Part shown: positions 36,901-49,412 of the stretch, piece after piece | Layout of the letters: each line of letters begins with the position of its first letter | Numbering within the stretch: position 1 is the stretch's first letter | Source: Toensbergia leucococca | Taxonomy: Eukaryota | DNA: 64,000 nt | Reading direction: 5' to 3' | NCBI GenBank assembly: GCA_022813965.1 | Contig: JALDZS010000082.1 | Span: 1 to 64,000, forward strand | Notes under the pieces: generated by a model | The model's input: the letters and a program-made list of their open reading frames with translations, nothing else | What the model was told of the DNA's origin: nothing | The model's database searches: none | Program-made: the position numbers and the translations under genes

Positions 36901-37211
36901 GACTTTGGCCTCAACGAGGTTCGTTCCTCCCCCTTCCCTAGACTCCACCCCAAACCACTAGACTAACTCCCCCAATTTGAAAAAAATAGATGGACCTAGA
37001 AGACCTAACTTACCCCTCTTCCCCCTCCTCTGCCTCCTCCTCGGACGCCGAAGACTCCCTCGACCCCATCACCGCCGAGCGCAAGCGCCGCGCTAAGAAA
37101 CAGGACCATCTGCGGCGCACGGCAGGGGAGCCGCAGAAGCCGGCTGTGAGGGAGGTGGGCGGGCTGATGGAGGGGTTTCTGACGATGCTTAGGGATGTGC
37201 TTGCTGATTGA
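33965..37211 (+). CDS. Fungal PX-domain protein with PX-associated N- and C-terminal domains (YPR097W/Lec1-like), multi-exon
   Basis: LTGKQEH(Y)LKRELLSRQV, PILRYIFVHHVRNFPFL, PX core RRYGDFVKFYKRLRTELPGKVLPPLPRKNK, REDQRVSLRAFLR, MPYAALKQIIRFANP and YEPLVRVYKSA. About 8 introns. Confidence 0.88.
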
Positions 37212-37804
37212 GTGGTTTGTTTTTGGGTGTTTTGTGGGGTAGGTGTGGAAGGGGAAGGGGATTGGGGATCACTTTAATGGGGATAATTAGCGGTCTAGGG
37301 GAGGGGCGTGGGGAGGGAGAGATAGTAGATAGATGCCCTGGGTATGATTGAACGCGTACGGGATACTGACATGATATCAGGAAATTCAAAATACTTGGCT
37401 TTTTCCTGCATCAAATGATGATGGGGTTCAATTCTTGTGCAAAGTTTAGAGACACAAAAATAGAAACACTCAAGCGTGTGTGCATGCTATTTGACGTTTC
37501 AGATTGGCCGATCCATTCGTTTTTTTGGGGGGTCAAAAGATGGCTCGCTTGCCTTTGTTTATTTAAAATCTATCGGGCTGCCTATGCTCGGAGAAGTCGA
37601 GAAAAAGAACATGGGCGCTCAGCATTCTCGCTCGCTCGCTCGCTAGGTGCCAAACCGAGCCAGAAGAAGAGAAGGAGAGAAAGGAAACATATGCTCCCGA
37701 GTCCCCAACATCCAGAACCCTCTTCCGCAACCACGAGAAAGTGGACGCTCCAGCAAAAGAAAATGTCTGAGATTTCAGGGCCCTTAAACAAACCTCTAGG
37801 CCTC

Positions 37805-40800
37805 TCAATAATTGAGTTCCCCACTTCCGCCTCCCCCAACAGCGTCCAAATCCTCGTAACTCTTCAAACTCCTCCCCTGCACCGCCTCCCTAGGCCCCAC
37901 CGTCTGTGCCCCGGCCCCATCTCCCCACTTCCCCGCACCCCCCGCCCCCATCCGCCCACCCATCTGCATCCCGTTCCTCGGTGGCGTCAATCGCCCACTA
38001 CTCCCAAATCGCGGTTGGCGACGATCGTAGGGTCCGGGGCGAGAACTGGCGCTGAAGCGACCCCCGCCTCTCCTCATTGCGCCGGGTTGATGCATGTCTT
38101 CTGGGTTGGCGGTCATGGCTGCGCTGGCCCAGCTGCCGGGGGCTTGGACGGTGTGAGTGCCGAAGTTGGGGAAGGCCGGGAAGCCAGTGGGGGGTGGGAA
38201 GCCGGGGGGGAAGGAGGCCATCATGGGCATGTTTGCGAGGTTGAAGCCGCGGGGGGTGCCGGCTGTGAGATTGTGATTGTTCATGGGGAAGTGGCCGTTG
38301 CTGTTTGCGTCGGAACGGGAAGGGGCGATATGGGACGGATCGAGGACGTAGGTGTTGACGAGATTGAGCTGAGAGAGAAGCGTTAGGTGATGAGGGATAG
38401 GTAGTAAAGGGGAGGGTAGACAACTTACGTCTTTTTTGATGCCCTCGAACCATTCGGGATGACGTTTCTCTACGTGTTTCCTCCAGAAGATGTCGCCTTT
38501 GAAAAGTTTGGTGCATTCGGGCACTTTGCATCGGAATTTTGCCTCGTCCTCTTGCTTGACATACTTCTTGAGCTCCTCATCGAGACCCTCTTCAACCGGT
38601 TTTCCACCGAGCTTCTTCACATCAACATTTTCCGGCTCAAGAATCTGCAGAATCTTTTCTTCAAACGTTTTCACCCAGTTGAAGGCGCGCAGAAGCTGTT
38701 GATCGTTCTTGTATCTACCCTGGTATTTCTCCATGACGGGCGAACCACCATCTCCCTCATCACTTGATTCTTTGCGCTTTATAGGGAATGGCAATCCAGA
38801 AGCACTGGCTCTGGCAGCAGCCTTGGCAGCAGAACTAAGACTAGCTCTTGGACGTCGTAGATGGCCTCCGGGGCATTTTCTAATAAGCTCGTGGATGGAA
38901 TCGCTCTCAAAAACACAAAAGAAACAGAAATTATACACTCGACGAAGGTACTCAACGAGGAGATCTAGGGTCTTCTTCTTCACGAGTAATTCTTCGCTGT
39001 CAATTTCCTCGTCATAGGCACCCTCTTCTTCCTCTTCCTCTTCCTCTCCCTCTTCTTGATCTTCACCGTCTTCCATCTCGTCATCCCCCATGCCTAACAC
39101 TTGTTGACTCTTCTTTTCCTTTTTCACACCTACAGGCCCGGAAGCTTGAGCTTGCAGCCATCCCTTTTCACGAAGATCTTCAACCCGTTGCTCGACTTTG
39201 CCTACGCCATTGACATCGCTGCCGAAATCCTGGTCGAATTTCCATACTAGACGTTTGGCCAAGTCTAGGTCACGGTCAATGCGTTCAGGCGCAGAGAACA
39301 AGTCCCACAAGGCCTTCTTTCTTGGCTCCCGTGGTGGGACATGGACGCCAACATGGCATGTGAAATCACCTCGAGTCTCATCATAGATAGTCTTGCTATT
39401 GATAGCCTCAAGCGCCTTTTCCGCAGTGCCAAGCATACCTTTCGGTTCAGCTATCGTACTCTCTTCCCCCACTTCGTTCTCTTCATTTTCTTCCTCCCTA
39501 CCATCTCCTCTCTCTGTAGCCTCGGGGACCTCAGATGATGGGTGGAGCATGATCCAGCCGATACGGTGGCATTTCTTAAGGGGGTTAGGATCACTCAAGC
39601 TGAGCCATTTGAAACCACCTTCGTCCTCTCCAAGGTGTTCCTTGCAGAAATCCTCAATTCTCTCTCGGCTGACCATTGGTGCAAGGGTCTTGATGAGTAG
39701 AGCTGGCTGTAATGCGGATTCGTCTCGGATATCTCCACCTCGGCTCGGAACCAAATCACCAACACCTAACACTTCGGCGGCTGCAACAGTCTCCCCTTCT
39801 TCTCTCTCAACAATGCCACCGATACCATTGCTCTCGGTTTTGTAGATGCCTTCAAGCGTAAATTCATCGAAGGAGCCAGCTTCGACGTCGTTCTCCCACT
39901 GGCTGAGAGCACCTCTTCGAAATTCTGTGAGGCGCTGATGGAAAGGATCGCGGATATCTGGAAAGTAACGTTCCTTGAACCATTCTTCTCCTTTATGTTG
40001 TTGTACGAAAGTTCTGGCCATCTTGACTTGTAGCTCTTCTTTGTATGCATCGTAAGCCATTTGGATTTGTGCTCTCTCCTTCTCGCGCTCTTCTCGAGAT
40101 TCACGATCACCTTTGATAGCCCTATCAGATGGCCTTCGGCCACCTTCCCTATGACGTTCTTTATCTTCCTTTATGGATTGCTCAACACGCCACCACTCAG
40201 CAAACCAATTGAAGCCAACTTGAAAATCTAGGGTTAGCGGGTTAGGTAGTGGGTTGACACGAATGGGCGGCTTTCCAGTATTTTGTCCTGGTACATATCG
40301 ATCGATATGACCCATAGGCGAAGAAGCTCGTCGTCGATCTTCACGATCACGAGACGCATGTTCACGTGATTGGCCATAGAAATCATCTCTGGGAAGGCGT
40401 TCAGGAGGCTGATAACGGTCGATCATGACTGGTGAGCGAGATCGGTTTCGGGGGCCACGTGCGCCTCCTCGACGTTCTTGCATGCCTATTAAAGAATCAT
40501 ATGAGTTAATGTCTTCGGGTAGCGGTGTTGCTGAGTTGAGGATAGTATGGAATTTGTGAAATAAAAGCATGAAATTGAGTGATCTTGTCCAATCATACTC
40601 GACTATATCAAAGGCCTTTTCCGAGTTACCGTGTTTTAGGTGAATTATATGGACGATGGGGGATTGAAGAAGATATTATTTCAGTCCCAATAGTAGGAGT
40701 TTAGGGTTGAGGAGGTGGGCAATGGCACTGTGATAGAAAAAGTGTTGGAGTTATTCCCCCCCACACACGATGGAGGAATGGTAGAAGTTCGGAATTCTTA

Positions 40801-40919
40801 CCAGGGGACCGACGTGAGCGGTAGCTGTCATTGAGAGGTGGACGATCCATATCGTCACGACCAACCCATCGGGGTTCAGCCTTGACTGAAGGCGATCGAT
40901 AGGCTTCGTAATTATCCAT
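37805..40919 (-). CDS. ARS2: Arsenite-resistance protein 2 / Serrate / Pir2 homologue (C2H2 zinc finger)
   Basis: Motifs: FVQQHKGEEWFKERY, LDLLVEYLRRVYNFCFFC, zinc finger KFRCKVPECTKLFKGDIFWRKHVEKRH and C-terminal GRSLKSYEDLD. Exon 1 starts MDNYEAYRSP. Introns at about 40488-40800 and 38369-38428. Confidence 0.9.
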
Positions 40920-41853
40920 GATAGTAAGAGCTGTACGACTTCAGAGTGTAAGAGGATGAATTTGAGGTGGTAGGTCGCAGGGTTTGCTCAAGGTGGCGTG
41001 AATGATGCGCTGCATCAAGTGATTGCAGGTGAATAGATTCGGTGTCGGTATTGATCGGGGCTGTTCGTCGACATTGTCTCGCGTTAGAGTAGATCCCAAA
41101 GAGAAGATAATGAATGGTAGGTGGGGGTTCAAATGGAGGATAGTAGAAGAAGGGACGGTCTGTTTATAGACCTGAGGGAAGCTGATTTGAGGGGCAGAAG
41201 ATGAGTTGGGCAATTGTATGTAGATGTTCGTGCGCTTTCGAGCGACAAGAAGAGCAGGAACAATAGCAAATGATGGGTACGAACAAGGAGCTATAATTCG
41301 CAAACGTGACGATCAACTCACGTTTAGCATTTCTGGAGTACACCAGGCAGATTGATGTGAGAAGGGGAGGGAGTCCGACAGCGAGCTGAATTCGACTTGG
41401 GCTGAGTCGAGCTACTGTACGAATACTGGCTATTTTAGTGGTATCGTAAATAAATCAAGCCACAAGTAAAATACGCGGGGCTAACGAGTACCCCTGATTG
41501 AGAGTGTGGATACTCGCTAAGTACGAGTAGGTACCTAGGTACTCGTAGGATCATAGGATATTCTAGCTCGGAGCTCGGATAGTAAGGTAGGTGATTTACC
41601 TAAACCGCCATCAATTCTCGTTCTGCCTCATTGATACCTAAGGTAAGTAAAGTCACAATCACAGTCAGGTACGTTGATCTTCAGCTTCTCATCCTAACAA
41701 GCCTCATGAATATCTCCTCTAGCGAATGTGAATCATCTCCTGTCAATAGCGTCATTCACATTCCTTCCCATTACCATTCCATCTCTACCCTTCCATCTCT
41801 CTTGGACCTCCGACATAGCCACTGACACGGTACCAGCGTACAGACTCGCAATC

Positions 41854-42657
41854 ATGACTTCCTACATACCATCCATCACTCTTCCAGCCCAGATCTTCGC
41901 CCAGCCTGCTGCATCTATCCTGCTCCCTGTTGCCCTTGGCACAGCTGTAGGCTTCTCAATTGCACGTAAGTCTTACCTCGAACCCTTCAATCTCCAACGC
42001 CCGGCGTCTGATACTGGCTGCTTCTCTCAGCCAAGCAGACTCAAGACACCTACCAAGCTCTGAAGCAGCCACCTCTTCGACCTCCACCTCAGGTTTTTGG
42101 ACCTATGTGGACGGTGCTCTATGGTTTGATGGGATTCGCAGCGTACCGGGCCTGGACCACTGGCATGTCCTCCATGAATCCCGAGACTGTCCAGTTAACT
42201 AAGGTATTTCCTCCTTTTGCAGCCATACACCGTTTTAGTCATGTTAATCAGTATGATTGAAACAGCAAGGGGCTACCTTATATACAATCCAATTAGGCCT
42301 TAACCTCGCCTGGATGCCTCTCTTCTTCCACTTCAAGCGCCCCATCGAGGCCACTGCTGATATTGCTCTTCTCACTGGGGTGACGGGATATTTGACATAC
42401 GTATGGGGACAGGTAGATGTAGTCGCTGGTTGGGCTCTAGTTCCTTATCTAGGATGGTTAGGCTTCGCTACCTACCTAAGTGTGAGTCGGCTTTGAGGTG
42501 TGAGAACGGTTGGAAGCTCACCATGCTAACGGTCTCAAAGGCCGGCGTCGGCTATCTCAACGACTGGAATTTGGCTGACAAGGAGCGCCCCATGCCTCCC
42601 GCCTCGGCGAGCTCGGATACCAAATATGTTAACGAGGCACCGGCACCAGAGAGCTGA
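41854..42657 (+). CDS. TspO/MBR-family translocator protein
   Basis: MTSYIPSITLP..ASILLPVALG, LKQPPLRPPPQVFGPMWTVLYGLMG, YTIQLGLNLAWMPLFF and LVPYLGWLGFATYL. Three introns. Confidence 0.92.
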
Positions 42658-43559
42658 ACATCTCAGTCTTGGATATACTTATCCATTCTTGGTGTCGGAA
42701 GGGATTTTCCAGGTCCCTGTGACACTGTCTTCTGCTCAATCTGCCTTCTCTTAGCCTTCAATCCCAACTTGCTCAATCACTATGCTATCCCGAATATCTT
42801 CATAGCATTACGTGATGTCTTCATTTTCTATGTCTGCGGGGAACCAACCAATGAAATTATTGATGCTCTCATCTGGGGCTCACTTGTGGCGTTATGGCCA
42901 CCCTCGAAATCGTCCAGCGTTAAGTTAAATTCGTAAGCCTACCCTGACCTTTAGGTAATACGTCTCTCAACCTGATACAAACCAACGAAATCACCAAGCT
43001 AGCTCCTAAAACGTCTCAATATAGCAAAAAGTCTCGCATGAAGGAGCGATGAATCTCGTTGCGTTCCTTCGTTCTACTGAATCTTTTTAGATGAAGAGGC
43101 CAGCAACTCTTAACAGAACTTAATAGCTCTGACCACGTGAGCAAGGGAATCCATAGTGAGGTCTGGAGAGATTGGCCCCATCGAAACAAATCATCACCGT
43201 GGAACTCTCCAGTATCCTGATCCAAGGACTCACATCAGCAAGAGCGCCATCTCGGCCTGACAACAGAGATCTCAACATTCATCAAATTTGAACTCAAGCC
43301 TATTCTCAGCATTTAGAATATTCCGTGGATACCTTTGGATAAAAAGTCGAGCTTGATCGGGATTCATGGAAGAGGCGATGTCTTGTGTATGAAAGCTAAC
43401 AGAGCCGTGTGGATTTGGTTGTCCGAAGAACAAAGAGCATGTAGGTCTATGACTTGATTAAAATTGGAGTACAAGAGCCAAGAAATATATACAAGGCTCA
43501 TCGCCCAATCAACTTCATGGATTTCATAATATAGAAGGCCTCCAAAAATTCCACCACCA

Positions 43560-45260
43560 GCAAATTACACACCCATTACGAGCCCTACACCTGTCTGTGC
43601 TAACAATCCTTCTATAAAGTCCTAACCCTGCAAAAACAACCAAGCATCTGAACACAGAACCCGTTGTAAATCACCTTAAAAATCACTAAGAAAAGGTTGA
43701 AACATAGCAAATCAAAAAAAAAGAATAAGTTAACTTCTTAAATAACCATCTTTAAACCTCTCAAGAGAAAAGAATAACATAAGAAAAAAACCATTGCAAT
43801 CGTTTCCCCCCTAACCCCCGCTTCTTAATATTTCTCTCTTTCAAAAGTGGGGAGCAGGTAAAACAATTTCCAATGAGGGAATCTGACCGTCTACTTTTCT
43901 CTCAACGAACGGCAATACTCACTCTCTTTCAATCCCTCCATATCTTTTCCCGAAAGTTTAACCGTCACCACTAATAACGCCTTCATTTCCTATGAGAAAG
44001 AGAGCAATTTGTAACATATAATATGAAGCTAATTTTCCGTCTCAAACTCCTCAAGAAATTTCCAAACCCCACAATCAAGTAATCACCCTCCTCTCAAAAC
44101 CCAGGGGGGGGCTGCCTTGAACCGGTGCAGAACCGCCGCAATTGCGAGAAGATCACTGGCTCTACACAATATAGCCACCACTCCATCCAGCGCCACCAAC
44201 CTCAGCTCGATCCTGAAATAGCAAAAGTATTGAGTGACTATAGCAATCAACCTACATTATCAGATCACAAATCCCATCCCCATCCTAATCAAACCAAATC
44301 CAAACCCCATCCCCATCATACCAAATCCAAACCCCCCAATCACAACCCCCCCCAAATCCTCCCAAACCCCACCCCTCCACCATAAACACTCAGCCCAAAG
44401 CCCCACCCCCCCATCCGCCCGCACACCCATCCACGAAAGCCAGAAGCGCAGACGCAGGCAAAGAGCGCTACCTGGGCTAAAAGAAGCCAGGATTCTGGTA
44501 TTCACAGACTTCACTAGAGCGGTGAGATAGTGGAATTGGATGGCAGGTTGTTAAGATCGGATCGGATGGCGCAAGTGTGTTTTTTCTTGGCGCGAATGGG
44601 GATCTGGCAGGTACTGGCCCCGAGAGGTTGGTGGAGGGAGGTTTGGGGGAGACTGCGCTGTTGTTCTGGTGAATGACTTTACCTGGTTAGCAGGGAGTAG
44701 ACGGAGTGTTTTGGTTTTATTCCTGGTGGTTTTAGAGGGAAGGCGAGAAAACGACGGACCCCCCCCCTTTTTTTCTTTGGCAGAGGTGGTTTTTGCAGTT
44801 GCAATGGAGGGAATTGCGAATTGCGAGTTTGATTATCCTACCCTACGTTATTCTAATTTTTTTTTCTTTTACGCTGCGTTTTGCCTTGGGCGCTCTTCTT
44901 CTTCTTCTTTTTCTTTGATCGGTTGGTTCGGTAAGTTGGGTATGCTTGTGCAGAAGGGAAGGGGTGATGCGGTTGTTGAAAGGGGCGTGAGGAGGCTGTT
45001 TGCAATGGCCTGAGAAATGAGGCATGGCCATTTGTTTAGCTTTATAGAATAGGCTCTGGTAGGGGGCGGACACTGTCAAATAACCGTCATTTTTGTTGAT
45101 TGATATGAGAGGGATGTTTTTGGAAAAAGAATGAGATAAGAGCGTCAGAAGTTGGGAGTGTATAATTTTCAACGGACGGGGCAGCCTGATAGACTGAGCG
45201 GCTTGAGAGGTCATGGGAATCTGACTTTCCAATTTAACGGACATGTCCAATTCAAGAGCC
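43560..45260. repeat. Low-complexity tract, A/C-rich then G/T-rich
   Basis: Homopolymer runs and a skew switch near 44500. No credible protein. Confidence 0.65.
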
Positions 45261-45274
45261 ACTCCCCTTCCTAA

Positions 45275-46887
45275 TTACCGAAACGCCACCTCAGCTGGTA
45301 ACCGAAAGCTAGCACAAAACATCCTCTTCTGCGGCGCCACATCCCTAACATCGCAAATCTCCACCTCGGGATCCTCAGGCTTGATAACATACTCCAAATA
45401 CCGCGACAACTCCTTGCAAATCTTGACCTTCTCCTCGACATTGCCGTCGCTCTTGGTGGAAAAGCAGTAGACGTGGATGAGGGGTAATTTGATGTCTGTG
45501 TGCGGGTAGAAGAGAGATTCATGGGTACGGTAGAGGCCGATGAAGGCGGGGAGGAAGGTTAGGGCTGTGGCGGGGAGGTTGAGGATGTAATGCGTGAAGG
45601 TTTTGGGGGCGGTGAGGAGGGTTGGTGGTGGGGGAGTTGGTATGCGTTGGGAGGAAATGGGGGATCGGACGGGCTTGCGGATCTGTCTGAGGTTCATGGT
45701 GGTGCGGGTAGTAAGGAGTTGCTGGGCGGAAGAGCGAATGAAGGCACGGCCGTCTTGGTTAGAGGGTTGGACACATTTGGAGACCTGTTGGATGTTGAGA
45801 AAAGGGGTTGAAGGTGCGTTTGGATGAGTTTCTACGTACATTGTTTCTCTTTATCGCATCTTTTAGACTTGAGTAGCTGTCCGGATTCAGATCGTTGGCC
45901 CATACAAATACCTCTTTCTTCCCCGCCGGCACAGCAAATGGCCCCACGCCAGCCATGACATCGCAAACGGCGTCTCCCGTCCGGAATATACCCACGAGCC
46001 GTGTATGCTCGGTGTTGAGCCTGCTGTTCCAGTAGACTTTGGAGTAATCAAAGTGAAAGACGCAATTTTGTTCTCTAGCTTCGACATTCAAATTTGGGTC
46101 CCCAGCCAGGAGTTCGTAGTTGAAGGTGCGGTATTCGCTCTGGGTGCCGACTTCGTCAACTTTGTTGATGACGGTGCGGATATGGGGGTTTTTGTCCATT
46201 AATACGGTCGCAAGGAGGGTTTTGTAGGGTAGGTAAGACTCTCGGAGGTTTAGATGAGCTTAGGTAGGGTTAGTATGGCAAAAGGGAGAGATGATGGATG
46301 TTCATGCCAAGTACCGACGTGGCCGACCATGGTGAAGCCGGAAGGTAGTTCCTCTTGCTCTTCTTCGGGGAGTATAGAGCTGATTATATCATCTGCTAGT
46401 CTTCAGAATGTTGAAGGGGCTCCCTGATCCGTTGCGTGTACGTACAATATGTCCAGTCATCATATTCAAGCTCCAGATGGTACGGCGCAACAGTGACCTT
46501 TTTAGCCTCGACCAGCTCTTTAAGACTCGGGCTCCACGTCGAAGCATCTACCTGAGCTAATCAGCTTATGCGACTCAACTATGACAGTTTCTGGATTGGT
46601 CTGAAACTACCATCTTCTCTGATTTCGGGCCTCAAAAGCAGAGATTTCCGCCCGCTGGATGACAGACCGCCTTCTTGATCCGTCCTCACGGGAGATACCC
46701 GTGGAATTTTCAACATATCCTTGGTCAAGTCCGAACGGCACTTAGAGATGTGCCTGTCGTCGAGAACACGAGCGGCTGCCAAAGGTATCTTTTGCTGGAA
46801 CAAGGAACGGTCTAGAGTTCTCATGGCACGATTAATGGGGGGGCGAATCATCTCTGGGGACAATGGCGGGTTTGAAAAGGAGTTCAT
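45275..46887 (-). CDS. TRM5: tRNA (guanine37-N1)-methyltransferase
   Basis: Motifs: [64 protein letters not shown] and [18 protein letters not shown]. Confidence 0.94.
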
Positions 46888-47459
46888 GTCTAATAAGTGA
46901 CAAACGAAATCATATTTGAAGGTTTGAAGGAGCTTGATGGCTGGATAGAGAAGATGAAGGATACTGAAAAATAGAGTCGAGGTACCTCGGTACTTGGGAT
47001 ACCTTACCTACGTTCCGTGGAGCGGATACTGACACAGGCTCGAGGTGCGCCCGGGTACCTGCATTAGTCTACCCGTCTTCCCGTTGCTAAGGGCCAAGCC
47101 CTAAACGAGGTAAGGTTTCATTCTCTCCGTCATCGATCCACTACCTAATGAGGGCTGGAGATAGGTAGTATGTTGTATATAGAAAGCAGTATACGTCTCT
47201 GATACTAGCCTAGATTGTACAATCTGTAATCGGACATGGTTACTTGAATATCGAACTAACTGCGTTTTAGCTAATACAACTCAACAGCATACGCCGCAAG
47301 CAGGAGCACGGATCCGTCGGTCGAGCGAAGACCTTCCTTCGGAAAATGCGTCTTTTTATCCTTACACTGCAGTTTCTGGTACGACCACTATCATAGCCTC
47401 CGGAGCAAATTTACACATTTTCCTATCTCAACTCCACAATCTTTTTCAATCCTCCTCTT

Positions 47460-48058
47460 TCATTCCGAGAAATGCCGAAGTTTCGTGATTTCGTCCAGCA
47501 TCTCCTGTAGGTCCACATCACTAATTTTATTCGATAGACTGGGTATCAATGTTTTTGCCTCTTCTGCACTTTCACAGCATAGACTACCTAGGGAAAGGTC
47601 AATTTGGGCATAAGGCGTGCAGGAGAAACAGACATGTTGAATACCTAGCTGTGATCTCTCAAATTGCTCCATTTCAGTGTGTGATACCAGTATGCGCTCC
47701 ACCGCCTCGACATTTTCTTTTCCCTTGAACCTGGCAAAAACATCCAGATAATCTTGCGTCTTCATGAGTACTCTGATAAAGAGTTTGAAGATTAGCATAT
47801 ACTCGCAGATGCCTTGCTCTCACTGGCGCATAGCTGGGGAACGTAGAGTGCCAAAGGGACTGCACATCCAACTTACTCCGTCTCTTCTATTCGCCTCTGC
47901 GACTTCCGATGTTTCACGACCGCATTTATCAACACCCTTGCCTCGGACAATGTCAAGGTTGGTACTTCTTGGAATTCTCCTAGCTTGAGATCTGTCGTAG
48001 CTTCTTCATCCCCTGTGGGCATTTCTCGAGTACGTGATGTAGGAGCCGTGGTCGCCAT
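47460..48058 (-). CDS. RPB4: RNA polymerase II subunit Rpb4
   Basis: GDEEATTDLKLGEFQEVPTLTLSEAR, KTQDYLDVFARF and FERSQLG|SLCCESAEEAKTLIPSL. Two introns. Confidence 0.94.
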
Positions 48059-48555
48059 GACTAGCAAAGAAGTGTGCGATGATATATGGATGGATAGGCG
48101 ATATGGTGTAGTGGGATGAAAAGGGACTGGAGGACACGATTGACGATGAGTGATTCGACTCGACTTAAGGAGTGGATAGGCCAGATGTAGACCCAGGTTG
48201 AAGACTTATCAAAAGCTTCGAAGAGAGGCGACAAAGTGTAAAGGGACAGTTGGTATATTGTAACGTCGTAGCTTATTGTACTTGATGTTGAGAGGAAAGG
48301 GAAAGTCGAGGCTAAGGGACTGAAAACAATGTAGAGGTGGTCCAGTGAAAGGAAAGTTTATCGGGGAATTTCTTTCACCAACGACCTCTGTCAATTTAAT
48401 AGTCAGCACATCCTTATCCCGAGCACCTAACGCTTTCACCTTCATGCGCTATCATGGCCTGAATAACACTGATGATACCTGGATGCAGCGTGACGTAGAG
48501 CTTTTACGAAAACCCTAATCTCAAGCCCTATCCACCCTCCCCGTGGTAGGTCACA

Positions 48556-49097
48556 ATGTACTATCCCTCCATCCTTCAAGAGAGTTTGAATTAACCAAAT
48601 CTAGGGTTGTCTACTCCCTCATCATCATCAACAAAGCCGGCGGCCTAGTTTTCCAGCGGGACTTCAACAACGCCCTCAACAAGCTCACCGTAAACGATTA
48701 CCTTGTACTAGCTGGCACATTTCATGGGTTCGTCTACGTCCACTACGAATTCGAATCTATATCCTACACTTTCCACAGAGCCTAATCAATTCTCCCCAGC
48801 GTCCACGCAATAACGAAGTCCCTCACCCCGTCCAGCCTCCATCTTCCCTCCTCGCAACGAACCGGCATCGAGGTCCTCGAAACCTCCCAATTCCGCTTGA
48901 CATGTTTTCAAACCTTCACAGGGACAAAGTTCCTGTTGTTCACGGAACAGCATCAGCCAAATGTGGACAGTATTATACGGAAGATTTACGAGCTTTACGC
49001 CGACTATGTGACCAAGAACCCTTTCTATCAGCTGGAGATGCCCATCAGATGTGAAACCTTTGATCGCCACTTGATGAATTATGTTAGAGCTAGATGA
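48556..49097 (+). CDS. TRS23: TRAPP complex subunit Trs23/TRAPPC4 (sybindin family)
   Basis: (M)[40 protein letters not shown] and [19 protein letters not shown]. The start codon is split AT|intron 48558-48604|G. Confidence 0.92.
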
Positions 49098-49412
49098 TTT
49101 AGAAATCAGGACTTGATCCGGGGTGGAATTCTGGCCTTACAGCGAATGTAATGGGGGACCATAATCAACATCGAGTGGAATTATGTTGGTCTGCGCTCCT
49201 CACATTGTATACCCTGCTGAGGGAAAGGACTCGAAACATGTCATCCTACTTGATGACCCGAGTTTTACGGTCAGAACCTATGTGTATCCAGTCAGGAACC
49301 ATCGCACGGTACATGAAAATCTAAGTCATGGCATTCATTATTCAGAAAGCTGTTATATTTACCCGCAAGCTATGCAGTCAATATCATAACGCCTCGGAGA
49401 ATGCTTCCAACA

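Noticed and set aside
43016..43370. Possible gene remnant on the - strand
   Set aside because: Multiple stops and no recognisable motif, so it cannot be assigned.
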